A stretch of 64,000 bases of DNA from an uncultured Actinomycetota bacterium (GTDB lineage Bacteria; Actinomycetota; Actinomycetes; Propionibacteriales; Nocardioidaceae). Position 1 is the stretch's first letter. The number at the start of each line of letters is the position of its first letter. The translations under genes were made by a program, and so were the position numbers. Positions 50,962 through 59,951 of the stretch are shown piece after piece. Below the pieces are notes generated by a model that was given only the letters and a program-made list of their open reading frames with translations, was not told the origin of the DNA and did not search any database. The stretch is taken from contig CAWGNO010000014.1 of NCBI GenBank assembly GCA_963823965.1, positions 44,698 through 108,697 on the forward strand. Direction: 5' to 3'.

Positions 50962-51592
50962 GTGAGCGACCTCGCCCGGTACTGGCCCTCGCTGCTGGCC
51001 GCGCATCCCGATCTGCGCGACGACCTCCTCGGCCGGTACGCCGACCCGCGCCGCGGCTACCACGACGTACGCCACCTGCGTGAGGTGCTCGAGCGCCTGG
51101 AGGAGCTGCTCGGAGACCCTGAGGCGTCCGCAGCCGACCGGGACGCGGTGGTGCTCGCCGCCTGGTTCCACGACGCGGTCTACGACGGCCTTCCCGACGA
51201 CGTGGAGCGCTCCGCAGCCCTGGCCGAGACCGAGCTCGCCGCTCTCGGCGTACCAAAGTCAGTCGTCTCCGAGGTCGCCCGGCTGGTCCGGCTCACCCTC
51301 GACCACCGGCCCGGCGAGGGTGACGTCTCCGGGCAGGTGCTGTGCGACGCCGACCTTGCGATCCTGGCGTCCGACGCAGGAGCGCTACCGGGACTACGTC
51401 GCAGGCGTCCGCCGCGAGTACGCCCACCTCGACGACGCGACGTTCCGCGAGGGCCGGGCCGAGATCCTGCGCGCGCTGCTCGCCAAGCCCACGCTGTTCC
51501 ACACGCGCCATGCCCGCGAGGCGTGGGAGGCGGCCGCCCGCGCCAACCTGGAGCGCGAGGTGGCCGAGCTCAGCGCTCCAGGAGCGCCTTGA
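50962..51592 (+). pseudogene. HD-superfamily metal-dependent phosphohydrolase (COG4339-like), split by a +1 indel at ~51379 (possible sequencing error)
   Basis: RGYHDVRHL, AAWFHDAVY, LCDADLAIL, then in the next frame YVAGVRREY...GRAEIL...ARANLERE. Confidence 0.8.
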
Positions 51593-52007
51593 GCCGCTGC
51601 AGGTCCTTCTGGTTCGCGCGGCGCATGGCGCCGGCCATCATCGGCGCACCGATCTTCGCGAACCCTGAGGGCTCGCCGGCGTTGCGCAGTGTCATGCGGG
51701 TTCCGCCGCTTCCGGTGTCCTCCCAGGTGTAGGTGGTGGTCATCGGGAAGGGCCCTTCGGCGGTGCTCATCACCAGCCGCTCCTGCGGCACCAGCTCGAG
51801 GACCTCGTAGGTGTAGGCGAGCCGGCGGCCGAGGAACTGGGCCACGAAGGCCATGCGCGAGCCCACCCGGACCGGGGGCTCGGTCTCCCAGTCGACCGAC
51901 TTGATGTTGACGTACCACGCGGTGACGTTGGTCGGGTCGCCGGCGAAGGCCGCGACATCCGCGCGGGGGCGGTCGATCTCGATGGTGGTGACGACGTCGA
52001 CGGGCAT
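51570..52007 (-). CDS. SRPBCC (polyketide cyclase/START-like) family protein
   Basis: IEIDRPRADVAAFAGDPTNVTAWY, FLGRRLAYTYEV, GPFPMTTTYTW; leaderless TAGGGT-7nt-ATG. Confidence 0.88.
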   Translation of the reverse strand: MPVDVVTTIEIDRPRADVAAFAGDPTNVTAWYVNIKSVDWETEPPVRVGSRMAFVAQFLGRRLAYTYEVLELVPQERLVMSTAEGPFPMTTTYTWEDTGSGGTRMTLRNAGEPSGFAKIGAPMMAGAMRRANQKDLQRLKALLER

Positions 52008-52050
52008 GACACCGACCCTAGACCGGCGCACCCCACCCGGGAGTCGCCGC

Positions 52051-53253
52051 TCAGAGCAGCGCCGGCTCGCGCAGGGTGAGCAAGCCTGCGTCCGCGTCGA
52101 GCACGGCAGGAACGCCCATCGGGAAGGCGAGGTTGCGGTCCACGTGGCCGACGGGCAGCCCGAACAGCGTCGGTACGCCGAGCGGCGCGATCCGGTCCTC
52201 GACGAGCCTGCGCAGCGACTCCTCCGGGCCGCACCCGCTGAACTTCCCCACCGCCACCCCCCGCACGCGGTCGAACCAGCCGGACCGCACGAGCTGGGTG
52301 AGCATCCGGTCGACCCGGTACAGGTCCTCGTCGACGTCCTCGAGCACCGCGATCCCGCCGGCCGCGGGCTGGGCCAGGGGGCTGCCGACCTCCGCCGCGA
52401 GCAGGGCGACGTTGCCGCCGACGAGCACCCCCTCTGCCCTGCCGCCCATCAGGCCCTCGACCGGCGCGGGCGTGAGGACGGTCGCCGTCTCGGGCGCGAA
52501 GAGCATCCTGCGGAGGTGCTCCCGGGCCACCTCGTCCGTGGCGTCCCCCAGGCTGGTCACCACGGGCCCGTGGAGGGTGGCGAGCCCGAGCCGGGACGCG
52601 AACGCCTGGTGCAGGCCGGTGACGTCGGAGAAGCCGAGGAGGAGCTTGGGCCCGGCCGCGGCCAGGGCGTCCCAGTCGAGGAGGTCGGCCATCCGCTGGA
52701 CGCCGTAGCCGCCCCGGGCGCAGACCACGCCCGCGACGGCCGGGTCGCGCCAGGCGGCCATGAGGTCGGCCGCCCGCTCCTCGTCCGAGGCGGCCAGGTA
52801 GTCGAAGCCGTCGTGGCGACCGCGCACGTGCGGCATCTCGCGCACGTCGATGTCCCACGACCTCAGGACCGCGAGGCCGGCGTCGAGGCGGTGGTCGGGG
52901 ACAGGGCCGGCGGGGGCGACCACGGCGACGGTGTCTCCGGGCGAGAGCCGCCGGGCGCGCACGAGGGGCTGTCCCGGGTCGCGCGGGCGCAGCACCCCGG
53001 TCTTGCGGCGGCGCAGCCCTGCCTCGGTCAGTCGGCGGATCAGGTCCCGGCTGGACACGGGTACGGCGCCCGCCGCCACGACGTCGTCGTACCGCTCGGC
53101 AGGGATGTCGTAGTGGTCCCGGTCGAAGCCACGGCGCGGGATGCCCAGGCCACCGGCGAAGCGGTGCAGCTCGTCGTACGACTCGTCGCTGACCAGGTGC
53201 GACCAGAGCCGGCCGTGCCCGGGCGAGTTGGGCGGGTCGATGAGCAGGGTCAC
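52051..53253 (-). CDS. DUF4031 domain fused to S66 LD-carboxypeptidase
   Basis: N-terminal LIDPP...WSHLVSD.SYDELHRFA...FDRDHYD (DUF4031); then VAVVAPAG, RGGYG, GFSDVT (Ser), LEDVDE (Glu), PVGH (His). Confidence 0.85.
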   Translation of the reverse strand: MTLLIDPPNSPGHGRLWSHLVSDESYDELHRFAGGLGIPRRGFDRDHYDIPAERYDDVVAAGAVPVSSRDLIRRLTEAGLRRRKTGVLRPRDPGQPLVRARRLSPGDTVAVVAPAGPVPDHRLDAGLAVLRSWDIDVREMPHVRGRHDGFDYLAASDEERAADLMAAWRDPAVAGVVCARGGYGVQRMADLLDWDALAAAGPKLLLGFSDVTGLHQAFASRLGLATLHGPVVTSLGDATDEVAREHLRRMLFAPETATVLTPAPVEGLMGGRAEGVLVGGNVALLAAEVGSPLAQPAAGGIAVLEDVDEDLYRVDRMLTQLVRSGWFDRVRGVAVGKFSGCGPEESLRRLVEDRIAPLGVPTLFGLPVGHVDRNLAFPMGVPAVLDADAGLLTLREPALL

Positions 53254-54020
53254 GCGCCGGGTCCCACGGCTGCCGCGCGCGCCGCGGCATCGGCGTGCTC
53301 CACGGCGTCGTCGAGCAGCATCCGCCAGGAGCGGACGTGGGCCGGGTCGACGAACGACTTCGTCCAGGAGCCGCCGGGCCGCACGGTGGAACCGACGTGG
53401 TACTGCCGGACACCGGCCCGGGCGAGCCAGGGAACGTGCTCGCCGCGCAGCCCACCGCCGACCATCATCAGCCGGGCCACCTCCGCGTCGGCCTTGGCCC
53501 GGTCGACGAGCTCGTCGCATCCCGCGTCGACGCCACGCGGAGACCCGGCCGACAGCACGGCGTCCAGACCCGGGAGGCCGACGAGCCGGCGCCACGCCCG
53601 GTCGGTGCTGAGCGCGGAGTCGACCGCGCGGTGGAACGTCCACGGCGCCACGGGCAGACGGTCCGCGAGATGGGCGCAGACCTCCCGGTCTATCTCGAGG
53701 TCCGCGGTGAGGAACCCGAAGGCGAACCCCTCGGCTCCCACGGAGAGGAAGTCCTCGGCGAGGCCCACGAGGCGACTCAGCTCGCCACCGGTGGTGCTGA
53801 GCCCGTCGTTGAGGCGCAGCATCACCCGCACGGGAACCTCGGTCTCCCGGCAGACCGCGGAGACGGTGGCGGGCTCCGGCGACCGGCCACCGAGCTCGAC
53901 GTCCGCGACGACGAACAGCCGGTCGGCCCCACCCTCGTCGGCACCCGGCACGTCACGGGGGTGCTGCACGACGACCTCGAGGAACGCGGTCGCCCCCCGG
54001 ATTTCACCGTCTGTGTTCAC
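53250..54020 (-). CDS. cutC: CutC family TIM-barrel protein
   Basis: LEVVV...GGADRL, GGRSP, VRVMLR, FAFGFLT, TFHRAVD, VLSAGS; GTGA-coupled to the fusion gene. Confidence 0.88.
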   Translation of the reverse strand: MNTDGEIRGATAFLEVVVQHPRDVPGADEGGADRLFVVADVELGGRSPEPATVSAVCRETEVPVRVMLRLNDGLSTTGGELSRLVGLAEDFLSVGAEGFAFGFLTADLEIDREVCAHLADRLPVAPWTFHRAVDSALSTDRAWRRLVGLPGLDAVLSAGSPRGVDAGCDELVDRAKADAEVARLMMVGGGLRGEHVPWLARAGVRQYHVGSTVRPGGSWTKSFVDPAHVRSWRMLLDDAVEHADAAARAAAVGPGA

Positions 54021-54033
54021 AATGGACATCGTG
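54018..54033. promoter_or_regulatory. Symmetric bidirectional promoter for two leaderless divergent genes
   Basis: Plus strand CACAAT-7nt-GTG(54031); minus strand CACGAT-7nt-GTG(54020). Confidence 0.55.
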
Positions 54034-54399
54034 ACATCCCACGACGCCCTGATGACGGCACGCGCACTCGTGTTGCACGACCTCGAGGCGACCCGGGCAG
54101 CCGACCCCGCGACGGTCTCGGCGCTCGAGGAGGCGGTGACGACGCGACGCTGGTGGGCGTCGCAGTGGGAGGAGGGCAAGCAGTACGTCGCCGGCCTCGT
54201 CGCCCAGGATGTGCAAGATGCCCTGCTCGAGCGGATCGGCCGATGGCCGCTGTGCCACTCCTGCGACCACCTCGACCCGCATGCCCTCTACATCCACCCC
54301 GAGCTCGGCGGCCCCGAACCCACCTGGGTCTGTGAGACCTCCGGCATAGCGGTGGCGCGTTTGGGCTGTCTCCCGGCGTGGCATCCTGAGGACCGATAA
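54031..54399 (+). CDS. Hypothetical protein with probable C-terminal Zn site
   Basis: RRWWASQW...VAQDVQDALL...RWPLCHSC...HALYIHPELG.PEPTWVC. Confidence 0.7.
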   Translation: MTSHDALMTARALVLHDLEATRAADPATVSALEEAVTTRRWWASQWEEGKQYVAGLVAQDVQDALLERIGRWPLCHSCDHLDPHALYIHPELGGPEPTWVCETSGIAVARLGCLPAWHPEDR

Positions 54400-54415
54400 C
54401 CAGCTCGACAAGACC

Positions 54416-54431
54416 GGGCGGCAAACCGCCC
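54416..54431 (+). terminator. Short GC hairpin after the hypothetical gene
   Basis: gggcgg-caaa-ccgccc followed by ccttc. Confidence 0.4.
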
Positions 54432-54455
54432 CCTTCACCCCGCAGAGGCATCGCA

Positions 54456-55190
54456 GTGACCGCGCTGAACGATCCCCGTGACTGGAGCAGCGACGAGGAA
54501 GAGGGCCCCGGCCCCGTCTTCCGTGAGCTCGCCCGTCTCGTCTACACCGGTGACGACTACACCGCGATGTACCAGGCGATCTGCGACTCCGCAGTACGTC
54601 TCGTGGACGGATGTGACCATGCCAGCCTCATGCTCGAGCAGCGAGGTCGCATGACCACGGCGGCGGCCAGCGACGAGGTCGCCCGGCACGTCGACAAGCT
54701 GGAGCGGCAGTCCGGGGAGGGGCCCTGCCTCGACGCGATCCACGAGGAGTCGGTCCAGCTCGACTCCGACCTGACCGTGTCCTCGACGTGGCCCCTGCTG
54801 CGGGAGGGGGTCGTCACGGAGACGCCGGTGCGCGGCCTGGCCGGATTCCGGCTGATCGTCGACGACCGCAAGGTGGGCGCGCTCAACCTCTTCAGCGACA
54901 CCCCCGGCGCCCTGTCCGAGCACTCGGTGGACCAGGCGGTCGTGCTGGCGGCGTTCACCTCGGTGGTGCTCATCGCCGCCTCGCACGAGGAGCAGGCGCG
55001 CACCCTGCGCGAGGGCCTCGCCAGCAACCGCGAGATCGGGAAGGCGATCGGTCTGATGATGGCCTTCCACAAGGTCGACGACGACCAGGCCTTCGAGGTC
55101 CTGCGCCGGGCGTCGCAGGACATGAACCTCAAGCTCACCGACGTCGCCGGACAGATCATCGACCACCACAACCGGGGCGCCACGGCCTGA
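54456..55190 (+). CDS. GAF and ANTAR domain RNA-binding regulator
   Basis: GEGPCLDA, GALNLFS (GAF); LASNREIGKAIGLMMAFHKVDDDQAFEVLRRASQDMNLKL (ANTAR). Confidence 0.9.
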   Translation: MTALNDPRDWSSDEEEGPGPVFRELARLVYTGDDYTAMYQAICDSAVRLVDGCDHASLMLEQRGRMTTAAASDEVARHVDKLERQSGEGPCLDAIHEESVQLDSDLTVSSTWPLLREGVVTETPVRGLAGFRLIVDDRKVGALNLFSDTPGALSEHSVDQAVVLAAFTSVVLIAASHEEQARTLREGLASNREIGKAIGLMMAFHKVDDDQAFEVLRRASQDMNLKLTDVAGQIIDHHNRGATA

Positions 55191-55208
55191 CCGGTCGTCG
55201 CCCGGGCC

Positions 55209-55232
55209 GGCCGCGGGTCAGGCCGCGGGTCA
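55209..55232. repeat. 12-bp tandem duplication at a convergent gene junction
   Basis: ggccgcgggtca x2, containing the coxG stop. Confidence 0.6.
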
Positions 55233-56051
55233 GGCCTGGGCGTCAGCCACGTCCTCGGCGGCTTCCAGGAGATCCACCTCCGGGACGGCCACGGGCGCGA
55301 CGGCCACCTCGAGAACGGGCCCGTCCCGGCGGGCGCGGCGACGCTTCCGGCGGCGTCGCAGGAGCCGCCACAGGACGAACAGCACGAGGGCACCCGCAGC
55401 CGCCTGGCGCCAGTACGCCTTGGCCACCACCGGCAGGACCGTGGCGCCGAGGTCGAGCGCCTCTACCTGAGCGGGGGCCTCGCGCGGCGGAGGCGCCTCC
55501 GCCCGGGGGGCCGCGGCCCGCGGCGGTGCCGGTGCTGCCGCCGGCGCCTCCTCGGACGGGGGCGCCGGCGCAGCAGCGGACACGGCCTCCGGCGGCGCTT
55601 CCTCGGCTCCGCTCAGCTTCGCCTCCAGGCACTCGACGAACTGGCCGAGGATCTTGTCCGAGACGTCCTGGATGACGCCACGACCGAACTGCGCCGGCTT
55701 GCCGGTGATCGTGAGGTCGGTGACCACCTCGGCGGAGGTCGCGTCGGCCCCTGCATCGGCGAGGGCGACGGTCACCGTGGCTCCCGCCGTCCCGTTGCCG
55801 CGCTTGTCCTTCCCCTTCGCCTCCAGGACGAACCGGTGCGCCGCGTCGTCCTTCTCGACGAAGCTGCCGGCGCCGGCGTACTGCAGGGACACCGGGCCGA
55901 GCTTCACCTTGGCCGTTCCCTTGAAGCTGTCCCCCTCGACCGACGACAGCGCCGCCCCCGGGAAGCACCCGGCGACCATCTCCAGGTCGGTGAACGCCGT
56001 CCACGTGTCCTCGAGGGAGGCGGGCACGGTGAACGAGTGCGTGAGCTCCAT
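55230..56051 (-). CDS. coxG: CoxG-like SRPBCC protein with C-terminal membrane anchor
   Basis: HSFTVPA, VAGCFPGA, KVKLGP, GKPAQFGRG, A/P linker, C-terminal TM. Confidence 0.88.
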   Translation of the reverse strand: MELTHSFTVPASLEDTWTAFTDLEMVAGCFPGAALSSVEGDSFKGTAKVKLGPVSLQYAGAGSFVEKDDAAHRFVLEAKGKDKRGNGTAGATVTVALADAGADATSAEVVTDLTITGKPAQFGRGVIQDVSDKILGQFVECLEAKLSGAEEAPPEAVSAAAPAPPSEEAPAAAPAPPRAAAPRAEAPPPREAPAQVEALDLGATVLPVVAKAYWRQAAAGALVLFVLWRLLRRRRKRRRARRDGPVLEVAVAPVAVPEVDLLEAAEDVADAQA

Positions 56052-56055
56052 GCCC

Positions 56056-56910
56056 TCACGCCCCCGCAGCTGCGAGCACAGCGCGTCGGGTCAGCACGGT
56101 GGCCAGGTGCCTTCGGTAGTCCGCGTCGCCGTTGAGGTCCGAGGGCGGTTCGGTGCCCTCGGCCGCCGAGGCCGCCGCAGCCCGCACGGCCTCGTCGGTC
56201 GCGGGCTGCCCGGCCAGCGCCTGCTCCACCGAACGTGCCCGCAGGGGCGTCGAGCCCATGTTGGTCAGGCCCACGCGCGCCTCGGCGATCGTGCCCGCGT
56301 CGGTCCGGACCGCCGCGGCGACGGCCACGATCGGCCACTGGTGGGCGACCCGGACGAACTTCTCGTAGTGGCCACCCCACCCCGTGAACTTCGGGATGCG
56401 CACCTCGGTGAGGAGCTCACCGTCGCCGATCGCGGTGGTGAACAGGTCCTCGAAGAAGTCCTCGGCCTCCACCGTCCGACTCCCGTCGCGTCCGGTGATC
56501 GTGAACGTCGCACCGAGCGCGAGCGCCGGGGCTCCGAGGTCGCCGGCCGGGTCGGCGTGCGCGAGGGCACCGCCGAACGTCCCGCGGTGACGGACCTGAG
56601 GATCGGCGAGCTGCTCGATCGCCGCGACCAGGAGCGTGGTGTGCTCCCGCACGAGCGGGTCGTGGAAGACGTCGGAGTGCGTGGTCATCGCACCGATGAC
56701 GATCGCGTCGCCGTCGTCGCGGACCCCGCGCAGCCCCGGGATGCGGCCGAGGTCGACGACCACGGACGGGGCGTTGAGACGCATCCGCAGGACGGGGAGC
56801 AGGCTCTGTCCGCCTGCCAGGACCTTGGCGTCCTCGCCTCCCTCGGCCAGGGCCGCCAGGGCGTCCTCGACGGTGGTGGGGGCGACGTACTCGAACTGTG
56901 CGGGGATCAC
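56056..56910 (-). CDS. coxM: Molybdoenzyme FAD-binding medium subunit (CoxM-like)
   Basis: LAGGQSLLP, QVRHRGTFGGALAHADPAGD, YEKF. Confidence 0.9.
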   Translation of the reverse strand: MIPAQFEYVAPTTVEDALAALAEGGEDAKVLAGGQSLLPVLRMRLNAPSVVVDLGRIPGLRGVRDDGDAIVIGAMTTHSDVFHDPLVREHTTLLVAAIEQLADPQVRHRGTFGGALAHADPAGDLGAPALALGATFTITGRDGSRTVEAEDFFEDLFTTAIGDGELLTEVRIPKFTGWGGHYEKFVRVAHQWPIVAVAAAVRTDAGTIAEARVGLTNMGSTPLRARSVEQALAGQPATDEAVRAAAASAAEGTEPPSDLNGDADYRRHLATVLTRRAVLAAAGA

Positions 56911-59378
56911 TGTGCCGCTCCTTCGCTCCGGTCGGCCACGTCCTTCTCGTCGAAGTGCGGCATCGCACCGCCCTCGGTCGGGTCGGCACCTCCTGCACCC
57001 TGGCCGTGGATCGCCTTCCAGATCCGCTCCGGGGTGCACGGCATGTGGATGTCCTTGACCCCGAACGGCCGGACCGCGTCGAGGACGGCGTTCACCACGG
57101 CCGGGGTCGAGGCGATGGCCCCTGTCTCCCCCACCCCCTTCGTGCCCAGCTTGGTGAGCGTCGACGGCGTGGTGGTGTGGGCGATGTCGAAGCTGATCGT
57201 GTCCGCCGCGGTCGGCACCAGGTAGTCGACGAACGAGGCCGACACCAGCGTGCCGGCATCGTCGAAGACCGCCTCCTCCCACAGCGCCTGGGCGATGCCC
57301 TGCACGACGCCACCGTGGACCTGGCCGTCCACGATCAGCGGGTTCACGATGTTGCCGACGTCGTCGACCGCGACGTACTTGCGCATCTTCACGCCGCCGG
57401 TCTCGGTGTCGATCTCCACAGCGCACAGGTGGGTGCCGTGCGGGTAGGAGAACGTGTCCGGGTCGAAGGTGGCCTCGGCGTCGAGACCGGGCTCGATGCC
57501 GTCGGGCGTGTCGTGCGAGGCGAACGCCGCCATGGCCACGTCGCCGATGCTGGTGCTGCGGTCGGTGCCGCGGACCTGGAAGTGCCCGCCGGTGAACTCG
57601 ATGTCGTCCACCGACGCCTCGAGCATGTGCGCGGCGTACGGCTTGGCCCGCTCCACGACCTTGTCGGCCGCCCGGACGACGGCCTCGGCACCCACGACCA
57701 GCGACCGCGAGCCGTAGGTGTCGAGTCCCTTGTGGGAGACCTGCGTGTCGCCGTGCAGGACCATGACGTTGTCGAACGGCACACCGAGACGGTCGGCCAC
57801 GATCTGCGACCAGGCGGTCTCGTGTCCCTGCCCGTGCGGGCTGACGCCGGTGACCACCTCGACGTGTCCGGTCGGCAGCATCCGCACCGAGGCGTGCTCC
57901 CACCCACCAGCGCCGTAGTTCAGCTGGCCCAGGATCCGCGACGGCGCCAGGCCGCACATCTCCGTGAACGTCGAGATGCCGATGCCCAGCTGCACGGGGT
58001 CCTTGCTCTCCCGGCGACGTTGCTGCTCGGCCCGGAGCTCGTCGTAGCCGAACATCTCCTTGGCCTTCGCGGTCGCGGCCTCGTAGTTGCCGGTGTCGTA
58101 CTCCAGCCCCGAGGTCGTCGCGTAGGGGAACTCGTCGTGCTTGATCCAGTTCTTCTCGCGCAGCTCGAGCGGGTCGACGCCCAGCTCGGCGGCCAGGTCG
58201 TCCATCAGCCGCTCGATGGCGAACGTCGCCTCCGGTCGGCCGGCACCGCGGTAGGCGTCGGTCCACGTCTTGTTCGTGTACACCGGCGTCAGGTTGAACT
58301 GGTAGGCACGGAACTTGTAGATGCCGTTGAACATGAACGCGCCGAGTGCCGGGGTGCCGCCGGCCAGCAGCGAGGCGTACGAGCCCAGGTCCGTCAGGAG
58401 CTCGACCTTGATGCCGGTGACGATGCCGTCCTTGGTCGCGGCGAGGGTGAGCTCCTGCCACTGGTCACGGCCGTGGTGGCCGCTCATCATCGACTCCGAG
58501 CGGGTCTCGGTGTACTTGCACGGGCGACCGGTACGCCGGGCCGCCAGGATCGTGATGAACTCCTCCGGCGTGACCTGGAGCTTGCCGCCGAAGCCGCCGC
58601 CCACGTCAGGGGCGATGACGCGCATCTTGCTCTCGGGGATGCCGAGGATCACCGCGGCGAAGAACCGGACGATGTGCGGGATCTGCGTCGCCGACCAGAG
58701 CGTGACCTGCTCGCCGGTCGGGTCGCAGACGAACGAGCGGGGCTCCATGAACGCCGGGATCAGGCGCTGCTGGCGGTACTCCCGCTCCAGCACGATGCCG
58801 TTCTCCCGCGCCTCCGCGATCTCGTCGTCGACCGACGTGCCGGAGCCCGCGGCCGCCGAGTCGAGCTGCCAGTTGACCGCGATGTTGGTGCCGAGGTCCG
58901 GGTGGACGAGGACCCGGTCCGTGAGGGCCTCCTTGAGGTCGAGGACGGCCGGGAGCTCCTCGTAGTCCACGTCGACCAGCTCGGCGGCGTCGCGAGCCTC
59001 GGCGGCGGACCGGGCCACCACGACGGCGACCACCTCGCCGGCGAAGGTCACCCTGTCGACCGCGATCGAGGGATGCGGCGGGTTCTTCTGCTCGGGCGTC
59101 AGCGGCCAGACGTTCGGCAGGCTGCCCTGCTCGTCCGCGACGTCCTGGCCGGTGATGACGGTGACGACGTTCGGCGACTCCTTCGCCGCCGTGGTGTCGA
59201 CGGAGGTGATGCGCGCGTGCGCGAACGGGCTGCGCACCATGGCGAGGTGCAGCATCCCGGGCATCACGATGTTGTCGGTCCAGCGGGTGCGCCCGGTGAT
59301 GAGGCGGGCGTCCTCCTTGCGCGTCCGCGCCCGGCCGATCTCGTGGGCCTGGTCGGCCTTGTTCTCGGTGACCGTCAC
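56907..59378 (-). CDS. coxL: Molybdopterin-binding large subunit, form II CoxL-like
   Basis: [15 protein letters not shown] (form II loop), [27 protein letters not shown]. Confidence 0.9.
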   Translation of the reverse strand: MTVTENKADQAHEIGRARTRKEDARLITGRTRWTDNIVMPGMLHLAMVRSPFAHARITSVDTTAAKESPNVVTVITGQDVADEQGSLPNVWPLTPEQKNPPHPSIAVDRVTFAGEVVAVVVARSAAEARDAAELVDVDYEELPAVLDLKEALTDRVLVHPDLGTNIAVNWQLDSAAAGSGTSVDDEIAEARENGIVLEREYRQQRLIPAFMEPRSFVCDPTGEQVTLWSATQIPHIVRFFAAVILGIPESKMRVIAPDVGGGFGGKLQVTPEEFITILAARRTGRPCKYTETRSESMMSGHHGRDQWQELTLAATKDGIVTGIKVELLTDLGSYASLLAGGTPALGAFMFNGIYKFRAYQFNLTPVYTNKTWTDAYRGAGRPEATFAIERLMDDLAAELGVDPLELREKNWIKHDEFPYATTSGLEYDTGNYEAATAKAKEMFGYDELRAEQQRRRESKDPVQLGIGISTFTEMCGLAPSRILGQLNYGAGGWEHASVRMLPTGHVEVVTGVSPHGQGHETAWSQIVADRLGVPFDNVMVLHGDTQVSHKGLDTYGSRSLVVGAEAVVRAADKVVERAKPYAAHMLEASVDDIEFTGGHFQVRGTDRSTSIGDVAMAAFASHDTPDGIEPGLDAEATFDPDTFSYPHGTHLCAVEIDTETGGVKMRKYVAVDDVGNIVNPLIVDGQVHGGVVQGIAQALWEEAVFDDAGTLVSASFVDYLVPTAADTISFDIAHTTTPSTLTKLGTKGVGETGAIASTPAVVNAVLDAVRPFGVKDIHMPCTPERIWKAIHGQGAGGADPTEGGAMPHFDEKDVADRSEGAAQ

Positions 59379-59851
59379 GACGACGCCCCCGTCCCCTCCG
59401 AGGCCGCCTGCTGCACGGCCCGGACGATGTTGTGGTAGCCGGTGCACCGGCACAGGTTGCCCTCGAGGCCGAGGCGGATCTCCTCCTCGGACGGGTCGGG
59501 GTTCTCGTTGAGCAGGTCGACCGTCTGCATGATCATGCCCGGCGTGCAGTAGCCGCACTGCAGGCCGTGGCACTCGTGGAAGGCCCGCTGCACGGGGTGC
59601 AGCTCGCCGTCCGTGGCGAGGCCCTCGATCGTGGTGACCTCGTGGCCGTCCGCCTGGACCGCGAGCATGTTGCACGACTTCACGCTGTGCCCGTCGAGGA
59701 GGACCGTGCAGGCGCCGCAGTTGCTGGTGTCGCAGCCCACGACCGTCCCGACCTTGCCCAAGCGTTCTCGCAGGTAGTGCACGAGGAGCATGCGGGGCTC
59801 GACGTCGTCGGTGTAGGCGGTTCCGTCGACCGTCACGTTGATGCGGGTCAT
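59375..59851 (-). CDS. coxS: 2x[2Fe-2S] small subunit (CoxS-like)
   Basis: [12 protein letters not shown]...SC; QCGYCTPG...NLCRCTGY. Confidence 0.93.
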   Translation of the reverse strand: MTRINVTVDGTAYTDDVEPRMLLVHYLRERLGKVGTVVGCDTSNCGACTVLLDGHSVKSCNMLAVQADGHEVTTIEGLATDGELHPVQRAFHECHGLQCGYCTPGMIMQTVDLLNENPDPSEEEIRLGLEGNLCRCTGYHNIVRAVQQAASEGTGASS

Positions 59852-59908
59852 GGGCAACTCCCGAAGGCCGTGGGTGCTCGAGAGTCGATCGTTACGATTT
59901 TCGTCGGA

Positions 59909-59924
59909 TGTGACAAGGGTCACG
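59909..59924. promoter_or_regulatory. CRP/FNR-family binding site upstream of coxS
   Basis: TGTGA-caaggg-TCACG, 9/10 match to TGTGA-N6-TCACA. Confidence 0.6.
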
Positions 59925-59951
59925 TCGGGCTATCTGTGGGGCCCTTCTACG

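Noticed and set aside
48296-50965. 889-aa plus-strand ORF opposite the P-type ATPase
   Set aside because: Shadow ORF
51853-54030. 848-aa plus-strand ORF 51853-54399
   Set aside because: Antisense shadow of the SRPBCC, DUF4031-ldcA and cutC genes; only the last ~122 codons (from 54031) look like a real protein
56907-59378. Calling the cluster a bona fide aerobic CO dehydrogenase
   Set aside because: The active-site loop is AYRGAGR, not AYxCSFR, and the order is SLM
56898-59438. 846-aa plus-strand ORF opposite coxL
   Set aside because: Shadow ORF
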